From Pirellula sp. (lineage in GTDB: Bacteria > Planctomycetota > Planctomycetia > Pirellulales > Pirellulaceae), in assembly GCA_031361585.1 (NCBI GenBank), contig JANLRK010000672.1:1-62946 (forward strand): a stretch of 62,946 bases of DNA, written 5' to 3'. Positions 28,069-37,518 of the stretch are shown one piece after another. Under the pieces are notes generated by a model. The model did no database searches and was not told the DNA's origin. It saw nothing but the letters and a program-made list of their open reading frames with translations. The first letter of the stretch is position 1. Each line of letters begins with the position of its first letter. A program made the position numbers and the translations under genes.

Positions 28069-29091
28069 GTGTGGAGTTTACCATCCTTGTCTGACCTATC
28101 AAAAGCCGACCGACGGCGTTTGACCGATATTCTGGCGCCGTGGATGTTCGGTTGCTCGCTGGCTTTTTTAGCTCTTGTAGCGGCGATTGTTGTTTTAGTG
28201 ATCGATGTCCCTCGCGTCAATGAGGCAATTTCCAACAGCGAAGAGCCTATGAAACTGGTAGAGATCGAACAATTGGCGCTCGATCGCGAATTGGCCTATG
28301 AAGCCTTGTCGCATCGATGGGGAACCCCAATTGGCATGGTTATGCTTTGCTTGTGGCCCGTGTTCGTGGTGGAATTGGTGAAAGACTTCTGGCTACGCGA
28401 TAGAAGCCAATCTTTTCTAGAACAACATAAATTCGCATGGCTATTTTGCCTTTTCCCGCCCTTCCGGCTTTGTCGACGTGACCAAAACCAAACGGGGCAA
28501 ATTTGGTTTCCAATTTGGGGCTGGCAGAAAGTCGACTATTATCTCCGCAAGAGGCTTGAACGGGCGTTCAGCGTCCCAATGATTTTTGTTGCAATACTAA
28601 TTTTGCCAGTGTTGATATTGCAATTTTTTTACGCACAACACGTCGCAGAATACCCATGGCTTAGATTCGTTTTGCATTTCAGCGCGGGGCTAATTTGGTA
28701 CTGCTTTGTGTTGGAATTCATCGTTATGGTCTCGGTCTCGCAAAGCAAGTTCAAGTACTGCAAACAGCATTGGCTTGATCTGTTGATTATCCTCCTACCG
28801 CTGGTCTCCTTCCTTCGGACGCTTCAATCGATAAGGACGTTGAAGCTTATGAAAGCTGCCAAGTTGCAGCAGGTCGCCAGACTCGTTCGGGTTTATCGTC
28901 TACGTGGACTCTCGATGCGTGGTTTCCGTGCCCTGCTGCTGCTTGAAGTTGTGAATCGCGTGGTACCTACATCCAACAAGAAACGCCTTGCGCGCCTTCG
29001 GGACGAACTCGAGGAGAAAGAACACGAAATCGAAGACCTTCGAAAGCAGATAGCGGCGTTGGAATTGACTTCCGAGCGGGCGAAAACATAA
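28069..29091 (+). CDS. Voltage-sensor-like (Ion_trans S1-S4) membrane protein without a pore domain, with C-terminal coiled coil
   Basis: S2-like W..F..EF, S3-like HWLDLLII, basic residue at every third position in S4; no TxGYG filter; heptad-like C-terminus. Confidence 0.75.
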   Translation: MWSLPSLSDLSKADRRRLTDILAPWMFGCSLAFLALVAAIVVLVIDVPRVNEAISNSEEPMKLVEIEQLALDRELAYEALSHRWGTPIGMVMLCLWPVFVVELVKDFWLRDRSQSFLEQHKFAWLFCLFPPFRLCRRDQNQTGQIWFPIWGWQKVDYYLRKRLERAFSVPMIFVAILILPVLILQFFYAQHVAEYPWLRFVLHFSAGLIWYCFVLEFIVMVSVSQSKFKYCKQHWLDLLIILLPLVSFLRTLQSIRTLKLMKAAKLQQVARLVRVYRLRGLSMRGFRALLLLEVVNRVVPTSNKKRLARLRDELEEKEHEIEDLRKQIAALELTSERAKT

Positions 29092-29181
29092 AGACCTCCA
29101 ATAGTCCTTCGTGTGCAATTGCATTCCAACAACCGTGTACAATGCGAGCTTCTATATCAAACCTAGGCAACCAACAATTCG

Positions 29182-30759
29182 ATGACAGACCCAGCGCCAG
29201 CCAATGAGAAACAATCATTTATGGACGTGGCCACGGTTCGACCTGGTGCCTCAAACGACTACATTGCTATAGGTCGCGGACTCTCGCCGGGGAAGAAAGT
29301 CAATGGTTACACAATTCTCTCAGAAGTCGCTCGAGGCGGAATGGGCGTCGTCTTTGTAGCACAACATGACAAGATGGAGCGACGCGTTGGGATCAAGACG
29401 ATGTTGATCAGCGCACACGGCCAATCATGTGATCGACAAAGATTCGACGTTGAAGCACAGGCGGCCGCTAAATTGGATCATCCGGGAATCGTCGCCATTT
29501 TTGAAGTGGGCGAATATGATTGTGACCCGTATTTGGTGATGGAATGGATAGAGGGCGACAATCTGGCGACGCGTTTGAATAAAGGTCCTCTCTCAGTTGA
29601 AGGCACAATCCGAATCGGGATCGAAGTTGCCGATGCCATTTCGCATGCCCATCTCCGCGGGGTAGTGCATCGTGACTTAAAGCCGGCGAACATTATTTTG
29701 GACCGCCAACAAAACGATCGGGCGATCATCACGGACTTTGGAGTCGCTAAGTGTATCGAGACTGTACGAGGAGGATTGACAACCGCGGGCGAACCAATAG
29801 GAACGCCACACTACATGCCCCCAGAACAAGCCGATAGTTCGCGAGGCGTCGTCGGACCGGCCTCCGATATCTATTCGCTGGGTGGATTAATGTATGCAAT
29901 GCTCACTGGCCGCCCTCCCTTCCAGGCAGCTTCGTCAATCGACGTGATTCTTCAAGTTTTGTCGAACGACCCAGTACCGTTGCGAAAACTTAATCCGACG
30001 CTGCCGGCCGGATTAGAAGCCATCGTCATGAAGTGCCTCCAAAAGGATGCAAGAAGAAGGTACAAGTCTGCCGCCGAGCTATCGCTGGACATCCAGCATT
30101 TTCGAGATGGCAAACCAACCCTTGCTCGCCCACTAAATTCATGGCGTTGGTTAGGGTATCAAATCCGGCACCATGTTTTGTTTGCAACGGTATCCGGTTC
30201 CAGTGTGTTATTGTTGCTTCTCGCAACGGTGGCGATGGCGTTTGCGTACGCAACGTCCCTGGCGGAGCTTAGGACGCTCCGAGTGGAATTGATAATGCTC
30301 CAAGAGGAAAAAAAAGGATTAAACGATGTGATTCAAAACGAAAGAAAAAACTTTCGAATGCAATTGTCGCGACTGCAAAATCGTGAAGTTACAGAAGCCG
30401 AGTTCCATCTGGAACGGCAATCGAAGTATGCGGAGTCCATTTCAATAAAGGACCCAAACCTAGCAACGCGTTTATGCATTGAAACGATAAGACTGGCTGA
30501 AAAAGAAAGGCTGGCACCGCCAGCGTTTTGTGTTGAATGGCTTCGAAGCATTTTACCTCAAGGAAGTGAGGTTCTTCTTGCGAACGCGATCAAGAACGCG
30601 TCGCCAATGGAATTGGCAACCCTTGCTGAAGCGAGGCTAAAAGCAACACTCAGTTTAGAGTCCCAACGAACGCATGAAATTACCGTTGCCGGCGTAGTAC
30701 CGTCGTTCGAACCTCCCCGTCCGCCTTCGGACGCAAATCAAAGCGTGAAGCCGCAATAA
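29182..30759 (+). CDS. Membrane-anchored Hanks-type Ser/Thr protein kinase
   Basis: RGGMGVV, VGIK, HRDLKPAN, DFG, GTPHYMPPEQ, SDIYSLG; TM segment then coiled coil. Confidence 0.93.
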   Translation: MTDPAPANEKQSFMDVATVRPGASNDYIAIGRGLSPGKKVNGYTILSEVARGGMGVVFVAQHDKMERRVGIKTMLISAHGQSCDRQRFDVEAQAAAKLDHPGIVAIFEVGEYDCDPYLVMEWIEGDNLATRLNKGPLSVEGTIRIGIEVADAISHAHLRGVVHRDLKPANIILDRQQNDRAIITDFGVAKCIETVRGGLTTAGEPIGTPHYMPPEQADSSRGVVGPASDIYSLGGLMYAMLTGRPPFQAASSIDVILQVLSNDPVPLRKLNPTLPAGLEAIVMKCLQKDARRRYKSAAELSLDIQHFRDGKPTLARPLNSWRWLGYQIRHHVLFATVSGSSVLLLLLATVAMAFAYATSLAELRTLRVELIMLQEEKKGLNDVIQNERKNFRMQLSRLQNREVTEAEFHLERQSKYAESISIKDPNLATRLCIETIRLAEKERLAPPAFCVEWLRSILPQGSEVLLANAIKNASPMELATLAEARLKATLSLESQRTHEITVAGVVPSFEPPRPPSDANQSVKPQ

Positions 30760-30833
30760 GGCGAGCGTTGGCATCATCTGTGCCTACTGAGCCTGAGGCG
30801 CTAGCCGAGCCACTTTAGCTTGGAAGCAGAACA

Positions 30834-30888
30834 ATCCAGCAGGACAAGCCTGCGGTATTTCCGTATCCCACCGGCTTGACCGGCTGAT
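30834..30888. repeat. Degenerate REP-like inverted doublet
   Basis: ATCCAGCAGGACAAGCCTGCGGTAT ... ATCCCACCGGCTTGACCGGCTGAT form an imperfect inverted pair. Confidence 0.4.
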
Positions 30889-31009
30889 CTTTCGGGCTTT
30901 TTGGCTACCCCCGGTAGCGCAAGAGCTATCAACACCGGCTACCTTAGGAAGTACTCATTTTGCCGTTCGCCTATCGATCGAAATTGGGTAAAACAAGAGA
31001 TATAGTGAA

Positions 31010-31267
31010 ATGTTGAAGACCAAATCAAACCCGGAAATCGAAATGTCTATGAGCCGCTTCGCCATGCCTCTGCTTTTTTTCGCCTCGCTCCCTGGTGTAG
31101 CCGCAGCCCACCCTGGACACGGAAACCATCGCGATGGAAATAGTTTTCTTCACTATGCGACTAGCCCAATTCACTTGCTGCCTTTGTTAGCTGCCGCGGT
31201 CGTAGTCGCGTGCTTGGCATTCTGTTTCCGCAGTCTCATCGGCAAAGCAGCGAGGATAATCCTCTAA
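31010..31267 (+). CDS. Small exported/membrane His-rich protein (AHPGHG motif); start probably 31043/31049
   Basis: Signal-like segment, then AHPGHG..., HY...P.H and a TM helix. Confidence 0.6.
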   Translation: MLKTKSNPEIEMSMSRFAMPLLFFASLPGVAAAHPGHGNHRDGNSFLHYATSPIHLLPLLAAAVVVACLAFCFRSLIGKAARIIL

Positions 31268-31315
31268 GATTCTATTGCTTGCGTCCACCTTATGGCATGC
31301 GTTATTACGCTAACC

Positions 31316-31795
31316 CTATTGCGGTTTGCGTGGGGGAGCAAATTTGATGCGCTCGACGAGACGCTTGATCTCATCCCCTTGGCGTTGGCCAGTTACTGCA
31401 GTAATCGCACGAATGACGTTTTCGTATCGTAAGTTGTAGTCCAAATCGATTTCAACTTCGGGTCCATCCTCAGGTGTTGGTGGCGCATTTCCGCCGGTAC
31501 GCTCCAAGATAAAAGCCCGGAGTTTGGTCCAATCATTGCCAAAGGATAGGCTTTCGTTGACGACGATGTCGACCAACTCACCGTCAGCGTTTGAGCGCAG
31601 TCGCAACTTGATTGGAATGTTTGCCGAATCCGACGGTCCAGCACCGCCTATCGGCATCTTGACACTAAAGTCCCCCTCTTGCGCGGCAATCTTAAAGGTC
31701 ATTACGAAAAAGATGAGCAGCAGAAAAATCACGTCAATCATAGACGTCAGTTGCAACTCAGCCTTGTCCATCCCTCTTTTTGATTCGAATTTCAT
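31316..31795 (-). CDS. exbD: ExbD/TolR family protein
   Basis: LTSMIDVIFLLLIFFVMT with the essential TM Asp. Confidence 0.88.
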   Translation of the reverse strand: MKFESKRGMDKAELQLTSMIDVIFLLLIFFVMTFKIAAQEGDFSVKMPIGGAGPSDSANIPIKLRLRSNADGELVDIVVNESLSFGNDWTKLRAFILERTGGNAPPTPEDGPEVEIDLDYNLRYENVIRAITAVTGQRQGDEIKRLVERIKFAPPRKPQ

Positions 31796-31816
31796 GTTTT
31801 GGGCTCGTCGATTGGG

Positions 31817-32257
31817 CTAGATCTGTGCTTCACGAACACGCAAGGCAAATTTCTCAAATCCGAGTTCTTGGCACTTTTTGATTAGGTCTTGAACAACGCC
31901 GCCAGGTGTATTTTGATGTCCGCGTATGACGATATTGGCGTCCCTCGCCGTTTGATTCCTTGAGACCAACAATTGTATTTCGGTCCGTAATAGGGGAGCG
32001 ATGGAATCTACCGTCACTACATTGGCACCCATGTAAATGGTCGCATTTGAATCCAGGTTCAAAATGATCGGAAAAGTCAAAGGAGCATCAGGCGGCTTCG
32101 CCAGTTCGCTCGAGGGCAATTTTATTTTGTCATTCTGGTCATCTTGCGAAAAGTTAATGAGCACCATGAAAAAGATGATCAACTGAAACACCATATCGAT
32201 CATAGCCGTCATGTCCCCTTCGGCCATTTTCGAATCAAACGTCTTTCGAATTTTCAT
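31817..32257 (-). CDS. exbD: ExbD/TolR family protein
   Basis: DMTAMIDMVFQLIIFFMV; IVIRG.....G.VQ..I..C...GF..F. Confidence 0.9.
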   Translation of the reverse strand: MKIRKTFDSKMAEGDMTAMIDMVFQLIIFFMVLINFSQDDQNDKIKLPSSELAKPPDAPLTFPIILNLDSNATIYMGANVVTVDSIAPLLRTEIQLLVSRNQTARDANIVIRGHQNTPGGVVQDLIKKCQELGFEKFALRVREAQI

Positions 32258-32275
32258 TCTGCACCAATCTCAGCC

Positions 32276-33022
32276 TTAGGCTTTAACAAAGGCTTGAAAT
32301 TTCTCTAACATTTCCTCACTTTGAGTACCAGCGCTCAAAATGAAACGCTGAACGCGATTTCGGAGGACATTGTAAATCGTAATTGCAGGTATTGCGAGGA
32401 ACAGGCCGAACAAAGTTGTATAGAGCGCTTGCTCAATACCGCCCGCTAGTTCGGATGGCTTAATCGTCGTGGTGCTACTCGCGATCTGTCCAAAGGATGT
32501 GACCATCCCCTGTACGGTCCCCAACAATCCAACCATCGGAGCAATGTTTCCGATCAATGCAAGGTAACTTATCAAATGCTCAATCTTCATCGTTTCCGAT
32601 TCGCCAACGATTTGCATTGCTTCCAAAGCTGCATCTTTACCACCCTGCAGTTTTCCTAGGCCTGCAGACACTACTTGTCCGAGGAAACTTTCATCGGCTC
32701 GAACCAATTCCACGGCGGCTTGGGCGTTTTTTTCCCCAAGACTGGCATCGACTCCTTGTATCAGGTCATCCGGCACAAAGTTGTTTTTTTGAACCGCGAG
32801 CAGAGAACGAACAACTAAAGCCACCATGATGATGCTCATCACCAAGAAGATGATCGCATACATGGTTCCGAGAGCATTCCAGGTCTTGACCAGCAGGTTT
32901 ACCGACTTGGGAGCATCCTGAGCGAACAAATCATTGCACAGAAACGAAGCCACGAACAACAATGCGACAGCGGGTAGTGAAATTGCAATGAGGGACCGCG
33001 CGCGTCGAAAACAAGATTGCAT
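32276..33022 (-). CDS. exbB: MotA/TolQ/ExbB proton-channel protein; start reassigned to ATG 33022
   Basis: IAPMVGLLGTVQGM, LAGGIEQALYTTLFGLFLAIPA; GGAG RBS. Confidence 0.9.
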   Translation of the reverse strand: MQSCFRRARSLIAISLPAVALLFVASFLCNDLFAQDAPKSVNLLVKTWNALGTMYAIIFLVMSIIMVALVVRSLLAVQKNNFVPDDLIQGVDASLGEKNAQAAVELVRADESFLGQVVSAGLGKLQGGKDAALEAMQIVGESETMKIEHLISYLALIGNIAPMVGLLGTVQGMVTSFGQIASSTTTIKPSELAGGIEQALYTTLFGLFLAIPAITIYNVLRNRVQRFILSAGTQSEEMLEKFQAFVKA

Positions 33023-33184
33023 GGCTTCTCCGTGAATACGTCTAGCGATATAGGAAGAGGGTAAAAACTGCGTTTGCCTTTCAAACGCACCGAATATGTT
33101 TATCGTACTCAACCAATCCCGGAAAGAGATTGGTGGGAGGCTCAAATGCGGAGCATTTTTTTTCTGGTTGTTCGGATTACGAGC

Positions 33185-34237
33185 TTATTTCTTGAGCCAA
33201 GGTGAAGTTGGGTAAAGTTTGGCCAGCCGACTCTTGGTTTCAGTTCCGCGTTGGTTCTCCCCTATCAGTGGCCAAAGCTGCGAAAGATAGTACAGGGCCT
33301 CCGCATGGGCATCGGGTTCGCTGGCATAGAGTAAATCGGTCTTCAAATAGGCAAGGATTGCTTCATCGTTGTTGCCAGCCCCCTTTAAGATCCCGCCAAG
33401 TGCATTAAACAATTCCGAAAACAACTCCGCATCGGTCGAATCACCTTCGTCGACCATTTTTTCCAAAGCTTCGATGGCTTTGGGAGTTTTTCCCTCTGCA
33501 GCATCGCAACGAATGGCGGCAAGGCTGGCCAATTTCTTGAACTTGAGGGAAGCCGCATCCGCGACTTGAGCCTGAGTGACTGCAGCGAATTTTGCTCTCG
33601 CTTCGGCTGTTTGTTTGCTTTCAAGCAAAGCTTTACCGGTCAAGTAATTTCCCTTCACTTTTAGTTCGGCAAATGGCGACGATGCTAATACATCAAAGTA
33701 CTTGGAAGCCTTTTCCGGTATGCCGGTTGCCAATGCCAACTCGCCTAGCTTTTCCAAGGCCAAATAATAGCAGTGGGAATCCCTATTCTTTGGGGCCCAT
33801 TCGAGAAGGAGCTTACTTGCTGCGGCGGCGTCCCCTTTGCCTCGAAGTGCATTGAGGGCAGCCAGATATCCTCTGTAGAAGTTATAGTCTTGAAGTTTCG
33901 TTTCGTCGTTCTTGATGGATGCAACGTCGATCTTCTTGAAATCCTCGATGGCTTGGTCCAATTGTCCTGTCAGGATGGAATCCTTGGCCCTCGTCAGCAT
34001 TGGCGATTCGCCTTCGAATACCACGCGAGCAACTAAATTAGTATCGATGCTTTGATTAGTACCGCGAACTTCGATGACCACTTTGTCTTTCGTTCGCTCG
34101 ACGATCTTTCCGTTGATGCTGGCTCCTCCGGATAGAAGCCAGATTTTGTCTTGCGACCATGCTGGATGGACGGCCAATCCAACGAACATAAGAACAACTT
34201 CCAAGACTATAAAAAGCAACGTGTTCGAGGATCGCAT
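33185..34237 (-). CDS. Exported TPR-like helical-repeat protein
   Basis: Signal peptide; repeated A..Y.G motifs; C-terminal AILAYL..DLLY...AEALY.L..LW....YPTSPW. Confidence 0.8.
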   Translation of the reverse strand: MRSSNTLLFIVLEVVLMFVGLAVHPAWSQDKIWLLSGGASINGKIVERTKDKVVIEVRGTNQSIDTNLVARVVFEGESPMLTRAKDSILTGQLDQAIEDFKKIDVASIKNDETKLQDYNFYRGYLAALNALRGKGDAAAASKLLLEWAPKNRDSHCYYLALEKLGELALATGIPEKASKYFDVLASSPFAELKVKGNYLTGKALLESKQTAEARAKFAAVTQAQVADAASLKFKKLASLAAIRCDAAEGKTPKAIEALEKMVDEGDSTDAELFSELFNALGGILKGAGNNDEAILAYLKTDLLYASEPDAHAEALYYLSQLWPLIGENQRGTETKSRLAKLYPTSPWLKK

Positions 34238-34310
34238 GGGTCGTATGAAGTGTCTATAAAAAGTGGATTGGTTTCGTTTTTTTTAAGCCCGCTGGTGGCT
34301 TTCGATGTCG

Positions 34311-37300
34311 CTATTTAAACTCTTGTAATCCAGTGACTGGCTTGCCTAAGTCTTGTTGAATTTCGCGAAGGAGTTTTTCGAAACTGGCTCTTAGCTCGGG
34401 TGAACCAAGCTCCGGATAGAATTGATAGGTTTCGCGAATTTTGCTCAATGCCCGTTCGAGTCCCTGTTTCTTTTTTTCTGCGGTCGACTCGACTAAAGCT
34501 ATCGATCTCCATGCTTTCGCGATGCTAAGCTGTGCTTCGAAAAAAACTTCCTTGAAGTCATTAACACGAGCCGCCGTTTGGTTGTTTATTTTTGCCCAAC
34601 CCCAGATGACATTGACTTTTTTAGCGTCGGGCTCGGCGCCACCAACTGCCTTACGAAGCAAATCGACATCTTTTCCGTTTGACCAAGCCTGAAGATTCCT
34701 GGCTGCCTCGACTTGGAATCGGATGTTCTTTGGATTCGTAGCAAGCGATTGCGAAAACAATGCGTGAGCTTCTTCGAATTTACCCGCACCGCTTTTGGCT
34801 AGTGCAAGCTTGAGCTTCAACTCCTCGGGTTTACGTTTGGCGTCTACTAGTTCGGCGTCAGGCTTGGCCGAAATCTTGCTAAAGGCCGCTTCAGCGATCG
34901 CCATCAGGGGCTTAACATTGGTCGCTAAACCAGGATCCTTTTGCATCTTGATAGCGAGCGACAAAATGGAACTGCCCACCGAATCGAGGGTCGAAACATC
35001 GGAGCTGACCTCGATCAACTGCTGAATCAAAACGCCAAAAGCAGCCCCCAACTTGGACTGCTCCTCCATGTTCTTGCTCGTCTCGAGTTTTGATTGGAGT
35101 TTCACGGCTAGATTATTAAGTGCGTTGGTCAGAAGATGGTCATCAGCACCTGACAACTCCTTCATTTTCTGGACCACAGGCGAAACGTTTTCGGTCGAAA
35201 GAGAAAGCTTTCCGCTACCCGCCGCTTGGACCATGGCTTGCAGCTTAAGCCGATAGGCTTCGAGCTTAATGCTAGGCTCCAAATCTTGGACGGAATTGGT
35301 CAGCGCAATCGCCCCCTTGGACGGTGCCTCGATAATTTTTAGAGCTTCATCTACCCGATCCGAAAGCAAGTAAATGCCGGCCAAGGCATTGACGCCTGTC
35401 ACCATGTATTTGTCGGTTTTGTCGACAGCCATCGCATCCCACGTAGACCTCAAGAAACGTTCCGCCCGTTCCTTTAGGCCTTGTTCCTCTGGCGTTTCTT
35501 CGGTCTTGTTCTTTCGGTGCTCGATTGCTGCCTGCTGGTATTCGCCCCACAGAATTTGTCCAAGCAAACTAGCACCGCCGCCGCTATTGTTGCCTTTACC
35601 AAGCGCGATGTGCATGGTGGCGTCATCGTAGCGCTTATGGATCAAATCCAATTTGACAAGATAATCCACTGCGCTTTGTGCTTCTTTCGAGCTCGGATCG
35701 ACTTGGTTAAGCTGTGTTACGAGACGAACCAGCGGCGACACAAATGAGAGTTGACGCTGTGGAGGCAACTCAGAAATAATCTTTCCGAACCCCGTCAATG
35801 CAAATCCGCCGCTCTTGAGTGCTTTGTCTGTCCCTTTGCCGGAAACCATTAATTCTTGAGATAGGGCGATGGCTTCCCAATACAGTTCGGTTTTTAGATG
35901 GAGATACGATAACAAGAATTTTACGTCAAGAAGTTCTTCTCGCGAATCCGAGTCGCGAAACATCCTTAGTGCGCGTTGGTATAGTTCGATAGACTGCTTA
36001 CGGTCTCGCGACGCTGAATCTTGGATGGTTTGGATTTGAGCTTGAATGGGTGCAGCGTTGCCGCCATTCTCAGCCGCGAGTTGCTGTTGCAAAACAGAGA
36101 GTCTCGATTCGGACGATTCCGCTCGATCCAATCTTTCTCGGGCCACTTTGATCGTGTCAACCCAAGCCTTGGTTATCGGCAATTTTTCATCTACCTTCTC
36201 AGCCGTTTCAATCCCTAATTCGCTCTTGCACTTTTCGGCCCTAGCTTGGTGTGTGCCTTTCTTCTTCAGAATCGCTTGAAGCAATTCACGAGCGGCCTTG
36301 CGATTGTTTCGGAATTTGTTGTCTTCTTTCTTTTCATCTTGAGTTTTACCCCAAGCCAAGCGAGCTTCCGCGATAGCCAATTGCAGATCAATCCATTCTG
36401 GTTCATCGCGATCTTTTGGCGTAGAACCTTTAAGAGCGTCGTCGCCTCGCTGAATTGCGGCTTCGTATTTTGCTACTTTTTCCGACGAGTCCAATCTAAC
36501 AATCCCAGCAATAGATTGGACTCGCCATGTACGAAAAATCCCTTCTCCTTCATTTTCCGCAACTCGAATGTAGCTATTGCGGGCTTCGTCAATCTTGCCG
36601 AGCTGCAATTGGACTTTGGCAAGGTACGTTAGGCTAAGCATTCTAGGACCTGGCTGCCCGATCGATTTATCGACAACCCCGCTGAAGCTAGCTTCAGACT
36701 TTTCGAGCCATGTGCGCCATTCGGGTGCTCGCGAATCGTAAGTCAGCGCGATAAACTCCATCGTTTTCGCTTGAAGGATTTGCGATTGACGATAATCCTG
36801 TTGGTATTGCTCCCTCAGAGTTTTTAGTTCATTCAAGTCCTTTCCTTCAACCTTGATGGTCTTTATCTTGTCTCCTTCCATCGAAACGATGATGGGTTTT
36901 AGTTCCTCAGTGACTTGGTTATAGAGCTCGAGAGCTTCGGTGTATGCTTGACGCGCTTTCGAACGCCAGCTCTCGGATGAAACCACGTTTTCTGGTTTTT
37001 TACTCTCATCTAGAGCTGATTGAGCACGAGCCAGGAATAGATCGCCCAGTTTGGTTTGAGTTTCGCTGCGTCTGGAATGCGATGGAGCTGAGGCAAGAAA
37101 TTCTTTGTAACCCTTTTCAATTGCTGCAATTCGCTCATCGCGTTGTTGCGGAGTTTTGACGCTTTGTAGTGACTCTTGCATCAAAATGACTTTTTCGAGC
37201 GGGAGATCCGCCATCATATTGGCCGGCAAGCGGTTCTTGGCGGCACTAATTTCCAAGTACTTGAGACCTTGTTCGTAGTATCCTTCCTCGCGCAATCGAT

Positions 37301-37427
37301 TGAGAAACCGCTTGGCAGGTTCGTCGGCGCTGGCATTGGAAATTACTGCGAAAAACGTCCAAGTAGAGAGAATAGCCGCAGTGCAATTCCAATGGAGCGA
37401 TGGCATGAGAGAAACCCTAAATTGCAA
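34311..37427 (-). CDS. Large exported alpha-solenoid/TPR-like protein (1038 aa)
   Basis: Signal peptide (ASA|DE), F...LR..GY, Ala/Leu-rich helical repeats, YPELG near the C-terminus. Confidence 0.8.
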   Translation of the reverse strand: MQFRVSLMPSLHWNCTAAILSTWTFFAVISNASADEPAKRFLNRLREEGYYEQGLKYLEISAAKNRLPANMMADLPLEKVILMQESLQSVKTPQQRDERIAAIEKGYKEFLASAPSHSRRSETQTKLGDLFLARAQSALDESKKPENVVSSESWRSKARQAYTEALELYNQVTEELKPIIVSMEGDKIKTIKVEGKDLNELKTLREQYQQDYRQSQILQAKTMEFIALTYDSRAPEWRTWLEKSEASFSGVVDKSIGQPGPRMLSLTYLAKVQLQLGKIDEARNSYIRVAENEGEGIFRTWRVQSIAGIVRLDSSEKVAKYEAAIQRGDDALKGSTPKDRDEPEWIDLQLAIAEARLAWGKTQDEKKEDNKFRNNRKAARELLQAILKKKGTHQARAEKCKSELGIETAEKVDEKLPITKAWVDTIKVARERLDRAESSESRLSVLQQQLAAENGGNAAPIQAQIQTIQDSASRDRKQSIELYQRALRMFRDSDSREELLDVKFLLSYLHLKTELYWEAIALSQELMVSGKGTDKALKSGGFALTGFGKIISELPPQRQLSFVSPLVRLVTQLNQVDPSSKEAQSAVDYLVKLDLIHKRYDDATMHIALGKGNNSGGGASLLGQILWGEYQQAAIEHRKNKTEETPEEQGLKERAERFLRSTWDAMAVDKTDKYMVTGVNALAGIYLLSDRVDEALKIIEAPSKGAIALTNSVQDLEPSIKLEAYRLKLQAMVQAAGSGKLSLSTENVSPVVQKMKELSGADDHLLTNALNNLAVKLQSKLETSKNMEEQSKLGAAFGVLIQQLIEVSSDVSTLDSVGSSILSLAIKMQKDPGLATNVKPLMAIAEAAFSKISAKPDAELVDAKRKPEELKLKLALAKSGAGKFEEAHALFSQSLATNPKNIRFQVEAARNLQAWSNGKDVDLLRKAVGGAEPDAKKVNVIWGWAKINNQTAARVNDFKEVFFEAQLSIAKAWRSIALVESTAEKKKQGLERALSKIRETYQFYPELGSPELRASFEKLLREIQQDLGKPVTGLQEFK

Positions 37428-37518
37428 TCGGTATTTTGCCGCATGTTGGTTGGCCGCAGCAAGACGAGACGAGATCGACCAACCTCATTATAGCCAATTA
37501 CGGCCAAAGCATAGGACA

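Noticed and set aside
11300-30950. Integrative genomic island with att sites
   Set aside because: No integrase, tRNA or boundary direct repeats were found, so it is reported only as a functionally coherent accessory region.
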